Shown here one piece after another: positions 45,930 to 59,332 of a stretch of DNA of 64,000 nucleotides (positions within the stretch are counted from its first letter, which is position 1; each line of letters starts with the position of its first letter). This DNA comes from Oikopleura dioica. Its lineage: Eukaryota; Animalia; Chordata. The notes beneath the pieces were generated by a model. That model had not been told where the DNA came from. It searched no databases and saw only the letters and a program-made list of their open reading frames with translations. A program made the position numbers and the translations under genes. The stretch is from NCBI GenBank assembly GCA_907165135.1, contig OU015568.1, forward strand, positions 13,826,001 through 13,890,000, read 5' to 3'.

Positions 45930-47770
45930 TCATTCGTCAGTTTCTGACTCTTCTGGACTCTCATATGCATCGATGGCAATATCCACAGGGATGTTATCGG
46001 GATTCGCGGACATCGTTGCGGGGTGTGACATGGCGAGAGACTTGCGAGCTTTGCTAATGAACATTTGATTCATTTCTTCATTTTCGCTTTCTTCCTCAGA
46101 TTCTCCTTAGATAATTATATTATTAAACTTCTAAAAATCTAACTCCTACCGGCATCTTCTACAATTGGCACAGGTTCGTCTGACTTATGCTTTTCCAAAA
46201 TGCGGGGTTTCTTGGGCATCACACTCGGTCTCTGAAATCTGTTCTCAGCATTTTTGATTTTCGCCCAACGATCAGAGTTGTAGGTTAAATTTCCACGCCA
46301 CAGCTTATCAAAGTCATCCATCGTTTTGAGAATAGAACACGTTGACAATCGTTCGTGTACATAGCTTGATCCTTTCTTCGCGCGAGCTGCAATCACTGGT
46401 GCCATTGATCGGAGGCAATCTGAAGAAAAAACGTTAGAATTTTAAAGGAAGAAAGAGGAAAGACTTACTCGACATAGACTCATAGAGTGGCTTGACAAGA
46501 TATGCGATGAATCCTATTTGACTGTCTGGTATGTTCGTGGTCGTCCTGTTTGACAGAGGAGGCAGCGTCATGTTTCTCTGTTTGAGCTCATCTCCTTGGA
46601 AGAAGAACTCTTGCAGAATCTGCATGGTGAATAATTGCTGCAAGTGCCAGGGCTTCGCCGCATTCGAGATGTCTGCTGCATGCAATACCATAGCTAAAAG
46701 ACTCTTCTTGTCGAAGGGGGCGAGGAGCTCTTCATCTGGACTGTTCTCGTACTCTGACCATTTTTCAGGAGTCATCACGGTTAGCGCAGAATTGATGCTC
46801 TTTACTTGATCGAAATGCTTTGCCAAATCTGTGTGTAGAATCATCTCTAAAAAGGAAAGTTTAGTTACCCGGGTTTTTTTATTTTATTCTTACCTGTGAC
46901 AAGCTCCTTGAAATATTCTAATTGCTTATCATCAAGTTTCGCTAGCATGTTACAATCTTTTTCGTTTAATGTATTCCACGTCGTTGCTAAGTGGTGATTT
47001 TCTAACACAGACACGTTGTTATACATCTGAAAAATGAAATTTTATATAAATTCTCTAGAACACGAGGTGTTTACCTGAGCAAGCTCGCTTTCGGTATCTT
47101 TATGAAAGTCATTGGTGGTGCCGGTATGCTCGACATCGTGGCATCCAGCGGCGAAGAGGATCGCTAATATTTCCAGATCGTTGAGAAAATTTATCAGCCC
47201 GGTGCTATTGATCATCACATGTACAGTCTGGAGAACGTCTGTACCGTGGATACCATTATGGTAGAAATTCCGATGCTAAAAAGTAAGATAGATTTTTGGT
47301 GAAGTCATTTTCGCTTACCCTGGAGTACTTGAATTCGATTGAGTCACAGAAATTGAAAAAGGTACGAGAGTCGACAAAGCCTTTGTGAAAAAAGCCATAG
47401 CGTTCGAACAAGCTGGCGAATGTTGATCTAAGCGGTCTTCCTCCACAGAGAACGGACGCGAAATGAGATGACCATCCCCAGGAATCGATCTTAGCGAAGT
47501 ACTCATCTTTCGTCTTCGGGACGAATCCGTCGACGTCGATGTTGAACTGATAGTTTACTTTATCGTGATGCTTCGGCTTGTACTTTGAGTTTTTTGGCTT
47601 TTTCGGCTTGGATTTAGGCGTGTATACGTTATGAAGTTTGTCAATTAGCTATGAAAATTCATTTGAAAACGACTTTGAAACAAAAAGAGACTTACCTCAT
47701 CCGAGACGGCAACATGGACTCCTAAATGTCCGTGATCTTGTTCTTCGATTTCGTAATCTTCCAGCGCCAT
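45930..47770 (-). CDS. Cyclic nucleotide phosphodiesterase, PDE1-like catalytic domain
   Basis: FYHNGIHGTDV, AAGCHDVEHTGTTNDFH, YNNVSVLENHH, ILHTDLAKHF, LHAADISNAAKPW, EFFFQGD, SQIGFI. Confidence 0.9.
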
Positions 47771-48006
47771 TTGATGCCGGCCGAGTCTACTGGAGGCACT
47801 TGTAAACTGAAGCGTTCTATCTTGTACTGCCGAATTGCAACATAAAACAACAGCATTCTAGAAAATATGGGATTTTTCCAGGAAAAACGAAAAAAGTGAC
47901 TGAATTGACTGTATTCTTTCAGATTTGATACGAACCCTAGAGTAGAGTACCCCCGGGAAGCGTTATACAGAATGAAATGGTCTATTCAGTTTTATTCGTT
48001 GTGTTT

Positions 48007-48333
48007 TTATTCTTTGCTTTCGCCCTCCTCGGCTTCCTCGTCGACTCCACGAATGTAGAGGACGTTGTTGCAACGGATGAGGATTTCACCGAGATGTCCA
48101 GCGAGAGCACCGTCGATGTACTCTTCAGAGTTGCCGAGCTGGAGGTTCATATAGCCGTCGACGGCCATCAAATAGCCTTTGTATTCCATGCCCCACTTCA
48201 GCTTGACTTGGACGGGCTTGCCGGTCAGGGAGTTCAAAAATGGCTTTACCGAGATGCGTATTTATAATCTCTCTTATCTTCAGAAAAAAAGTGCAACACG
48301 ATCCTTTGGGTTAACTGGAGCAACAGCCGACAT
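48007..48333 (-). CDS. SNRPF: Small nuclear ribonucleoprotein F
   Basis: [10 protein letters not shown]|[50 protein letters not shown]; one GA-AG intron at 48244-48303. Confidence 0.97.
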
Positions 48334-48759
48334 TTCGCGACTCTTTCAAAATTCTAAAAATAACATTTTCAGCTGCACTTTCTCTTGAGTAAGAAAAAGA
48401 AATAAATGAAGGAAACAAAAATTCTTGCAATCGAAGTTTATTGATTTCCGTTAAATCAAAGAAAGAAAGTAGTTTAGAGTAAAAATTGAACGATTTTTGT
48501 GAGATTGTTTTTTTGCGACTTGGTATAAAAATGTGAAAAGATAAATGGGTCTCCGTAAAAAAAATTAAAATGTGAGTGTGGATGCTCATGTGTGCTGGAA
48601 CATTTGCGAGTCTAGAAACTGTTAGGAGGAGCAACGATTGTTCTTTATTGGCAAGAACGAATGAATTTATCAGTGAATTGTGAGCACCAAAGATAAATGA
48701 TAGGCAGGTAACCTGGGCAGGTTTAGAACTGAGAGGTTTATGGCTGTTTTCTATTGAAT

Positions 48760-50747
48760 TTACAAGAAGATTTTGAGGCGGCCGACTTCTTCGCGGGAGT
48801 AAGTAATGACGTCGGAAGAGAAGAATGAATCGAGCATTTCGAAGTCATTGGATTCGAAGAAGTCATCATCGATGTTTTCTAAATAAAATATAAAAATCTG
48901 CGGATTGAAGTCAACAAGGACGTACCTGTCCAATGGAAAAGGTCATCTTCGTCAAGTTCTGGATCAGAAGCTCGCTCGTACAATTCTTCGAGTGAAATCT
49001 TTCTATGAGACTCCAAGAACTTTCTGAGCTTTCGCTTCTTCGGCTTGATCATTCGATTCTTTGCGAGACTGTAGTTGTCGTAAATGTAGATGAATCCATC
49101 TTTGACAATGACGTCGCGAGTGAGAAAAGTTTGGCGCCTTTTGGACCAGCTTTTTTCATCAGGGACTCTCGAATATCCCTTGCAATCGTGCTTCGTAGGT
49201 TGCTGGAAGCGCTCAAAGCCGGCGATAGAATCAAGCGTACCATTCTTCTCGTTCTAAAGTAAAGTTTAAAATTTGGTTAATAACCAAAGAAATAAATAAA
49301 TTTAAATAAAAATTTATAATAAAAAATAATTTTTTTATCAAATTTACCGGTGTGTATGCAAGGACTTCATAGCAGTTCCCATGGCGATCGTCGAAGAAAG
49401 TGGACATCTCTGATTCTCTCACAACGAAGAGCTTTCCATTGACGAATTCAAACTGGGTATCGTTCGAGAAAAATTCTTGATCGTTGACATTGATCTCGGA
49501 AATTTTTCTCGTGCTCAGTTTGAAGTGGAGCATCTTCTTGTCCCAATCATTGAGATAGTCCATCGAATCCTCTTCGTGGGGCTTTCGGTAGATGAAGAGG
49601 AAGTAATTATCGTAGTCACCGCAGTAGATTTCGAATTTGTCTTCGTGGTTTCTTTCATGGCGGAATTCCCAGAACATTTCGGTCATGTCGTCTCGGCCGA
49701 TTTTAACTTCATGAACAACTAAAATTTCATTAATTTATGAGGAAAAATATGAAAGAATAATACCTTTTGTCGTGTATGGAGTAACTTCGTGAACTCTGAT
49801 GAAATACCAACCCTTGTGTCGATAAACAACGGGCAGCTCAATCTTCTCAAGGTACTTTCGTCCATTTCGCAGATCGCATTTTGGCTTGGACTTTACGGTA
49901 AAGTAGCCAAGGTGGGAGTGGACTTCACTGACGTGCTCGATGACAACTGGCTTGATCGTCTTTGGGTCTGTTTGATCCAAACAGAAACAGTGCGTCTTTT
50001 TCGTCCCGGGTACGATCAGAAATGGCTCCCAAAAGTATTCAAAGTAGAAATTCAAGTCGTTGATCGGGATTTCGTCGAAGAAGGCAGTGATGGCGGGAAA
50101 TTCGACTTTGCGGATACTATAATCTGGGCGGACAACTTCGTAGAAGTGAGGGGCGCCACTGACCGGGACTCGTGCTGGTGGAGTTGGAATCTTTTCCCGG
50201 ACACCGAGTTCGACAAATGGTTGTGAAGAAACAACCCAATTGCCCCCAATGCAGACGTCAGCGGATTTGTTCGTTTTGTATTCTTTCAGTGGGCTTGCTT
50301 TTCTCATTTGGACGTCTTGTTTGATCTAAAATTAATGTTACAAAATGACATTTTTCGTTGCTTTATTACCTTCATCGCGAAAGACATGAGTGAGAGTCGA
50401 TGAATATCGTTCTTTTTGAAGGCAGTTGCGAGTCTCATCTCTACAAAAGGCCAAATATAGTCGTGTTGGAAATGGCGCTTCGCGTAAATTCGCCAATATT
50501 GACTGGGGAAAAGTTCATCGTAGTCACCAGTTTTTTCATCGAAGATATTGTTCATGATTTTTGAGCTCTCATATAGAGATACCAAGTCGCTTGGCAAAAG
50601 ACGATCAAAAACTTGCGTTGCCAGGATAGGTCCAAGAGGATGGTTGAGAAAGTCATCAAGAACTTTCATGGCCCTCGAGCTTGGAGAAGGGGATCGACGT
50701 CTTTGTGATCTTGGCATAATCTCTTGTTGAATATTGTTTTCCTCCAT
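48760..50747 (-). CDS. Divergent F-box-like protein (lineage-specific type), multi-exon
   Basis: N-terminal PILATQVFDRLLPSDLVSLYESSK..YWRIYAKRHF is F-box-like; followed by ORFs 49735-50307, 49231-49686 and 49049-49243 on the same strand. Confidence 0.55.
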
Positions 50748-51054
50748 TTTATCTAGAGAGGGCCTTTTATACTCCAGTAGTATAAAAGTCAGGTGGCGCT
50801 CCCTTTAGCTACCAGCTGGAGGCGATCTGGGCGCAATCGAGAAATGCAGGTAAACGCAGCTGGCAACTTTTCGAGGAGCGTTCAAGCAAATATGGATGAT
50901 CTGTTTACAATTTCTAAAAACAAAAGGGACTTAATTACGAAGGTTTGGATAGGCATTGATCGTGAAATTAAGGACAGTTGAACATGGAAATTATCTTTTC
51001 AGGAAAAGAAGTGAAGCTGAAAGGTAACGAAGATTTTCTATAGAAACAAGGAAA

Positions 51055-51697
51055 TTAAAGTGAAAAGGACGAGTAGCCAAATTCGGAATCCGCATCAAGG
51101 AAACGGAAGGCCCCGACGATCGTAGCGAACATAACGACGTTGCTACCGAGGGTTAGCCAAGTTGCACCCCACTGAATGAAGTTCGTAAGGAAGAAAGTCT
51201 TTCTCTCTGCCCTATATAAACCCATCTAGTCCGAATAAAATCACTCAGAATCTCCAGTCACAGCGCATGAGTTTCGCAAGGCAAAAACTACCTCAAAATT
51301 ATCAAACCTGAATGACATCTCTATTGGCCAGTACGATAGGTAAAGCAAAGCTGGAAACAACAAGGCCGGTAGTCAAAAACGCTATGAAATTCCATTAACA
51401 AAGTTTTAAACATAAGAGCTGTACCTGCTAAATCTACAGGAAGACCTCCCTCGTCAGAAACTTTTGAAGCGACCAGGAGCGGGATAGGAGTTAAAACATA
51501 AAAAATGATATTGAGAAGCGTGTAGGCATTGTGATATGGAATCGGAACATCCGGATCTGGGGCATCGTCGAATTGAAGCGTGCACTTAAAAAATGGGATA
51601 GAACATGAAACGCTATCACGATACATACTGATAAAATCAGTAATAAGGTGGCGATTGATCCTACAAAGGCGAGTCCGACAACATATTTGATCGCCAT
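51055..51697 (-). CDS. Vps55/LEPROT (leptin receptor overlapping transcript) family protein
   Basis: VVGLAFVGSIATLLLILSC, FYVLTPIP, LTTGLVVSSFALPIVL, IQWGATWLTLGSNVVMFATI. Confidence 0.9.
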
Positions 51698-51764
51698 TTC
51701 AATCTCTTAAAAGTGTACAGTTTAGAAATGATTACAGCTTTGGCAAACAAGAAAAATGGAAATT

Positions 51765-52765
51765 TCACGCTTTTTTCGAGCAGCCAGTATTTATTCCCTT
51801 TGGCACAGATCCACGCTCTTTTATGTATTTTTGTTGATTCTGTGATTCTTTCCAAGCAATAAATGAAATAGCTCTATAAGTCGCAGGAATTCCATAATCG
51901 TCGCCGAATTGCGCCTAGAAATATCGTCGACACGGTTTTTTTTACCAATTTCTAAACCTGATAAATGGCAGCAGCCGACATAAGAATATCCGGATGAAGG
52001 GGTCGGAAATTAAAAGCGCATTGAGATTCTCCAGAGTTTTGTAAATCTTCAATCAGCTCGAAAACTGTTGGATACCCGAACTGTTCTTCCCAATAATCGC
52101 AAGTGATCAATTTGAATCCCGCTCCATGTAAAACGGACGAAAAAGAGTCTCCTCTCGTCAATGGCCCGACGCGTGGAACAACACCACCCCTCCTCTCCAT
52201 TTCAGCGAGTTGAATAGACTGACGAAGTTCGAAGAGCGAGTCATTGCCCCAAATTGCGCCGACAAAAGCCCCGTCGGGCTTCAGAACGCGCAGGATTTCA
52301 CGGCAGGACTTGTCCAGGTCATTAACCCAGTGCAGGTTTAAATTTGAAATAACCAGGTCAAATGTGTTGTCTTTGTAAGGAAGGGCATTAGCCTCGTCAA
52401 CAGCGTTTTTGTCGATTTGAAATTTTGGAGTGTCAGCTTTGTAGGTGACGTAAGGGCAGGAGTCTGTTTGAATCAGAAAGGACATCACATTTGAACTAAC
52501 AATTAAGTGTATCGATTCAAAAAAGAAAAAGATTTTACCTGAGACTCCTGGAGCATTCGCCTTGATTTGCCCCGAGCTCAAGTGCCGATGTGAAAGATCT
52601 CTTGATATTCAACACTCGATCCGCTGTCTCCTCGGCGAGCATCGTTCGAGCATAATTAAAGTCTTCTCTATCTTCCCGCTTTGCTGCCCATGACTTCTGC
52701 ATTCGCTTTTTTGACCGATTGAAAATCTGTTTTTGAACTTGACTCGCTGCCTGCGTGAATCTCAT
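51765..52765 (-). CDS. NDUFAF5: Complex I assembly factor 5 (methyltransferase-fold hydroxylase)
   Basis: IFNRSKKRMQK, ALELGA, LPYKDNTFDLVISNLNLHWVNDL, LKPDGAFVGAIWGNDSLFELRQSIQLAEMERRGG, IPATY. Confidence 0.95.
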
Positions 52766-52821
52766 TCTAAACAGGAAAATTTAAATCTCGAGTTTGATTC
52801 CTTATTATTTGACAGTGAAAT

Positions 52822-54292
52822 TTATAACATGTTTTCTGTGACATTGCCAGATGAATATTGGTCGAAGTCGTAGAATCCGCCGATGAGCCGACGCCCGCCG
52901 AATATTCGGTTGTGTAGCCCGATAACAGCTAAACCGAAAGTTTGTTTGATAGCAAGGATGAGTAAACAGACCTTTCATTGCTTCTTCCATTCTTGAAAAT
53001 TCGATGAATATTCTCACTGACGATTCTTTCGGCACATTTGGCACCTCCACTATTTTAACATTAGCGACGGCCCCATATTTGATGCATTCGCTCGACACTT
53101 CATTAGATAGCTCGCTGTCAATTTCTTCTGGATCGACCATATTTTGAAGACAAATAACTTTCGTCGGCTTTGCAAGATTAGGCAAAGGGCGTGGAGGAGC
53201 GACTCCGACATTTTGCTGTGCGGGCGGCGTAGCTTGGTTTTGAACTCCGCCGGAAGTGAAATTTCCGTAGCTCGCTGTTTGTCCGCCGATAATTTTTCCA
53301 CCTCTTCGACTTGTCTTTTCAACTTCTAGTGGTGCAGAAATACCCTGTCCTGATTTTCCAAGGCCAGCGCCTTCTTTGTGACCATATTTTTCCATGATAC
53401 TTTCTGCAATAGATTTCGCTTTCACAGCCCCTTCTTCGGGAGACTTCATCTGTTGAGGGGTCCAAGAGGGCGTTGAAGCTGGTGATGGTACGGATTTTCC
53501 AAAGAGAGATGGCTTCGGCTGTCCAAAGCCCAACTTCGAGCCGAGTGTTTTTGTTCGACTGGCAGTTTTGCTACCAAGTGCGTTCAAGTCGGGATTCTTC
53601 GCCGCTGGCAGGTTGGGCATGGAGCTTTGCCCAGTATAAAGAGCAGATGGAGGAGCAATCATAGCCTTAAAACAGCGTTTTACTTCAGAATCAATCATCG
53701 GAAAAAACTCACCTTTCCCATTCCCATAGCCTTCTGTCGTTTACTCTTCTCTGCTTCATCGTCGGACGAATCAGAATCGTCACGAGGATTCTGTCTCTTA
53801 AAATCTCGCTCTTGCGACTTTTTCTGCTCCGCGTATCTCGTAACTTTATGCTTGCCCTCTCTGCGGCGGCGTAGGTAGCGCGAAAATTCATTTGGCTTCA
53901 CCGGATCGTACTCGTCTTGGTATCTACTGATGTATTCTGTTTCGCTTGCTTGTGGCTTTTGTTGAGATTTCATATGGACTGGCTTGTACCCTGGTCGAGG
54001 GACTTTTTTGAGGTTCGATCCACGAGACATCGACATGGGCATGAACTTAATTAATTTGTTACAAGAATTTTAATTCAAAGAAGAAAACCTTCGAAGGAGT
54101 GAATCCTTTTGGCTTCGGAGGCGTCGGAATCTGTTGCTTCATTGGAGGGGGTTGTTGAATCGTTGTCTGCTGCTTCCGCTGCTCTGCCATTTTCTGCTGA
54201 TGCATCTGCAGGTTTCTTGCTTGCTGGGATGCTGCAGCCCACCCTCCAACAGGGCGAGTGACAGCCGAGTCATTATCGTCGTACAATCCCAT
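52822..54292 (-). CDS. RBM17: Splicing factor 45 (G-patch + UHM)
   Basis: [18 protein letters not shown]-patch [46 protein letters not shown]. Confidence 0.95.
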
Positions 54293-54364
54293 CCTGAATT
54301 TCCAAACATGCTAGTATCACTCTTTGAATTGAAAAGTTTGAAAATGAAGAAGTGAACATTTTTG

Positions 54365-55763
54365 TCAAAAGAATAAAGCTTGGGCTTGGTTGGCTTTCTG
54401 CTCCGTCGGGCTAGAATAAATGAAAAAATTCTGATTTGACGGATTGACTTGTACCAGTAGGGGCATTTGATGATTTTTCCGTGCGTATGAGAATTTGAAG
54501 CCAGTTTGTCAAGAGCATCTTTGCTAATAACATGCCCGCAGATGAGTCTCATCGGAGGATTTTCAAGTGTTGTTTGCTCTCGTAGAATGGGACACGAAAA
54601 GACCGAATGGTACCTTGGAAGAATGAGTTAAGGAGGAAAAGCCGAAGTATTACCGAAGACGTTTGGGCAACTTTATTTCAATGGGTAGAACTTCAGGTCT
54701 GTCGTCGGACAAGTAATTGTCGTTGCCAAAAACTTTAGATAGGCTCATGTTCCGCTGCTCGAAGACGGATTTAATGCCGACCAGGGCGGGAAGAGCGTGG
54801 CAGCCGGCAGCGTGAGCGGACATCAAATGTTCATAGCGAAGCTGGTTGATCGAATTCACAGAAGAAAAGTCACTGAAGACTTGTTGAAGTAAAAAATGAA
54901 AATGTGGTATTTACCTGATGAGTTCATCACAAATTTCAGCTAAAGAGTTGGAAAAGCAGTTTACTAATTGAAAAATGCTTTCATTAGCTTCAAGATTCTT
55001 TCGAAAAAGCAGCGCAGTCATCAATTTCCCCACCTCTTCGGCATCAGAATCCTTCGATTCCAAGTACTGCTCTTTTTTACAGGAAGTCATCAGTCTGCTC
55101 ATGGCGATGAGCTCTTCGAGTGAGGATTCGCCATCGAGAAGCATCCGACAATACTGGCATCGTCTAATTTTCCACTCAAAAAGACTCGCTGGATTTATTT
55201 TTGCCCGATTTTCTTCTATCCATTTCAGAGAAGTTTCGAATTCCCCATTTCGAATGGCTGTTATCATCGTGGCCAAATCAACGAAGAGCTCTTTTTTCTT
55301 ACTATCATTACTGTACAAGTCGATTTTGGACTCCTTTTCGAGGCACTCTGCGATTTCACTGTATCCAGAGCAGTAAAGGTGCTCGATGATGCTTTTCGTT
55401 AGATTAGTTCTGGATGCTTCGTCACTCATTGACGATGTGCCAAGAAGATTTGAGTACGAGGAAGTAAAGTTCTTCTCGATTTGCTTCCCCAATTTCGAAA
55501 TTCCTGCATGAATAGACTTGTGCTTGGAGGCTATTTGGCTTGGAAACGGATTTTAATAAACTCTTCCAAAAATTGACTGTTTGAGAATATTAGAAACCAA
55601 AACTGGCGTGCTCTTTGACCGACTGAACAATATCAACAGGCATTTCTTCCTCATCCAGCAATTTCTCAATGTCGTCCAATTTGCCGAGCGCAAAATCGCG
55701 CCACTCGACCAACCCATTTGAAGTCAAATTATTTGCTTGCTCAATATACTCGAGTCCTTCCAT
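54365..55763 (-). CDS. RMND5: CTLH/GID E3 ligase RING subunit RMND5
   Basis: Lis[85 protein letters not shown]. Confidence 0.93.
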
Positions 55764-55896
55764 CTTTAAAAAAGAGATGGTTTTAAAGAAATCATTTATT
55801 TGGTTTATTTGAGAAGTAGGCAACATATTTCTTTTCAAGGGGCACCGATTAGTTAAAGGAAGAACTGTGGTAAGAGTTGAAGCAGGAAAGGTTTGT

Positions 55897-58800
55897 TTAG
55901 CGGATTGATGATAGAAATTCATCAAGTTCAAATTGCACTTGACCGGCAGTCGGTCTAGATTCTGGTTCTTTCGACCAACATTTTTCAGCGATATTCCAAA
56001 GCGCCCTATAAAATTGTTTGCTTTTGCTTTTCAATATTTTGACTAACGGGTCGACTCCACGTATTTTCTCTGGTCGCTGACCGCGCATAACTTTTCTCCA
56101 GAGCTGTTCTTTATCTGAACACATCTCGAAATTGTTAGGCAGCTTGCAGGTGTTCCGAAGCAGGTACCAGAGTAGAATCCCAAAGGCGTAGATATCAACT
56201 GATTGATTGTAATTTCGTGTAAAGATCTCTGGAGGCATGTGAACGGGAGTTCCAACGATGGAGCCTTCTATGACAGACGTTGGTCGGCAAAAACCCATGT
56301 CCGAGATTTTTGCGTTTTGGTTAGAATCGAGGAGAATATTCTTCAAAGACGATGAGAAATCAAAAAAATATCTCACGATTACCTTCAGTTTTATATCTCT
56401 GTGGATGAGGCCATGTGCATGGAGAAATCTCAGGCCAGAAGCTACATCTGAGGCAATACGTAATCTCTTCTTTAGTTCGTTTATCCTCCGTAATTTCAAG
56501 GCAGTATGGAGATCTGATTCGCACCGTTCCAAAATTAGCTGGACGCTTGGACACAACCCGTTTCCAGGTCCGTAGCTATAAAAAAATTAAAGAATGAGAG
56601 ACTTGAGCTGACGTACTTTTTGTCGATAAGAACACCGAGAACTTGGACAATGTTTGGGTGTCTGTCGACCCAGTAGTGCATGTAAAAGTATTCCTGCGAT
56701 AAATCGCCCCACTGAGAGTCATTATCAGGGATCATCGTTTTTATGGCGATTTTCATATCCTCCCTAATCAGAACTCAAATTCATTTTTCTAAACAATATG
56801 AATACCTGGTGCCAGCCCAGTGATTCTTCGTTGAGTAGACAACACCATACTGACCTCTGCCAATTTCTTTCTCTAATTTAGGCATCCCATTTATGATATT
56901 ATCCCTGAATGCAGTCACTTCAAGCAGCAATCTGGAAATCTTCGGGCCAAGTTTTCGCTGGAGATCAATTTTCTTGTTCAAATTTTCATCTAGAGCAGCT
57001 TGTGAAAATTTAAGTCCACAAGAACTTATACGTACCAACTAATCTCATAAGTCGCTGTTCGAGGATAATAAAAGAGGTGCGGAAGTTTTCAAAATCATAG
57101 GCAATTTTTTCTAAGAGATCGCTGTGTAAGCATTTGGAGAAGGATGGGGTGGCGATTTGAGAGAGAATATCGGCGCAGGATTTTATTCGGAAGAAAGGAT
57201 CGTTCTCGGTAAAAAGTGAATTTTGGCTTGAAGATGTGTTAAATTCGTTAAATTATAAAAAAAAGTTACCTAGGACGGAAATAAAGCAATCTTCGAAGAA
57301 TTTTCCCACGAAGACTGAGCGCTCTATCCAAGGTAAAACGTTTCGGCGAAAAAGGAAAAGCGAGAATATTTTTCATCAAATAACTGGGTTGATCTTTTGA
57401 CGTCAACACGCGTTCATATTTACGAGATATGCGAACCATTGTCTGCAACTTGTCGAGCAGCCGTAACAGTGGATCCGCATCGTTTGGATTCGCATAGGGT
57501 CTGAGCTCCTCGAGAACGCTGTCACGCACTTTTACGATCATGAAAGTCTCGTACTGCATCAGCGCGCCGTGGAAAGTCTTCTTTTGCTCAATGGACGCTA
57601 GGGACTGATGAAGATCAGAAGTCGGATCCATCAAATCCAGCTTCAGCTTCGAAACGACCAAATCCAGAGTTCCCTGAACCCGGTCTACCGTAATCGAGAT
57701 TCGTTTGTTTTTGATTGATTCTAAAGAGTTCTCAACGTAGTCCATCTTTTTCGGCAAAACATCAGCTTCATGTGTCAACTCGTAACAATGCGAAACAACC
57801 TGTTTCATACAGTTGTTCAGATACGCTTGCATTCCGGTGATAGCAGCGAGAATGTACGCCCGAGCCTGGCGTCGGATGAATTGAGTGATATTCTCGTGCA
57901 TTTTCTTAGCGTTTTCAACAAACATACAGCGATTCGCGCGAACTTGCCAGTCTCCGTTTCCAATAAAGCCTATTTCTTTCAATTGATGGAGGAGAGTTGA
58001 GTTTTCAAAAGAGCAGACGAAGCAAATGCTCGGCTGAAGAGGCGATCGTCGACCGGGGTCACTTCGAACATCGCTTCTTACTGATGACATTTCCTTCATG
58101 TGCTCACATTTATGAACTGGCTGGGCTCCGTGAAGCGTTGAAAAGTCATTTTTTCGACCAGTATCAACTTTGACGAACATAATCGCTGCTTCTGGAAGTC
58201 TTGCTTGACATTCTTTCAGCTCATTGAGATCTTCATCGGAAAGGGGAATTTCTTCCACGGCATAGAGAAAGAACGGGATGTAGTCGTTCTTGAGCGCGTG
58301 GATAATGTCGTCAGAATTGAAAACATGCGGGATTGATGGGGAAACAATCACCGTTGCGGCAGAAAGAAGAGGATGGGAAAAACTTACTCGGCAACAATCG
58401 TCTTTTGACGTTACAGCTTGTTCAAGCTTCTGCTTTGAAACAAGAGATGATCTTCCAGTTCCAAATTGGTTTCTACTGAAAAGCGAGACGACTTGAAACG
58501 ATCCAACAGTTTTGGAAGTATCGATTTCAGATGAATTGTGCTCTGAGTAGCGAAGCTGTACCATACGACCTTCTGATCCAAGGCGATATCGGATGCGATC
58601 CGCATCAGATTCCGCGAAGAGATCATTTAGATTGTAGACATCATCAAAGTTATCGTGTTCATTTGATTCTTGTAGAGATGTCGTTCGGGCTAGAGGGATC
58701 CCTGAAGACCCTGTTGCGAGAAAATTGCGAGTTTCATCAAGTGAATTTTGACGCGGCAAGAATCCGAGCTTTCTCCGAGCCTCGGGAGTCCGAACTTTTT

Positions 58801-59155
58801 GGGTTGGTTCGAGTACGTTATTGTTTCTTAACGCGAAGATGTCGTTCACGACGCGAATTTTCGCTTCATAGCTTTGGCCGATCACGCAAATCGCGACTTC
58901 TTTCGAAGCAATGTCGTTGAGTGAGGGATCACATTGGAATCGCTCGACTTTAAGGCGTTCGGTGAGACCCTCCATTTGGAGATGGCGGTAGACATCATCG
59001 ATTCTTTTTCGCAGATCTTTTAGCTCGTCTGTTTTTTCCTAAAAACTCTTGAATCAAAGTGGCGTGAAATTTCATACCTGAAAATTTTTGAGGATTTGTG
59101 AGATGAGTAGGTGACTTTTTGGGACATCTTGGCCGGTACTTCCTCGACGAGCCAT
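55897..59155 (-). CDS. DSTYK: Dual serine/threonine and tyrosine protein kinase (RIPK5)
   Basis: [72 protein letters not shown], with a long N-terminal non-kinase region. Confidence 0.9.
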
Positions 59156-59332
59156 TTTCTATATCATATAGAACTCATCTCTTAATATATTTTTGTTAAT
59201 TAAAATCAAATGATAATTGGGAGTACGGTGCGAGAATGAAGATTGTGGGTGCAGACAGAAAACATTATGAAAATGATAGTGTAGTTGTAATAATTGCAAA
59301 AGGTCTTGAACTTGATCGAGCGTTGTTTTCTT

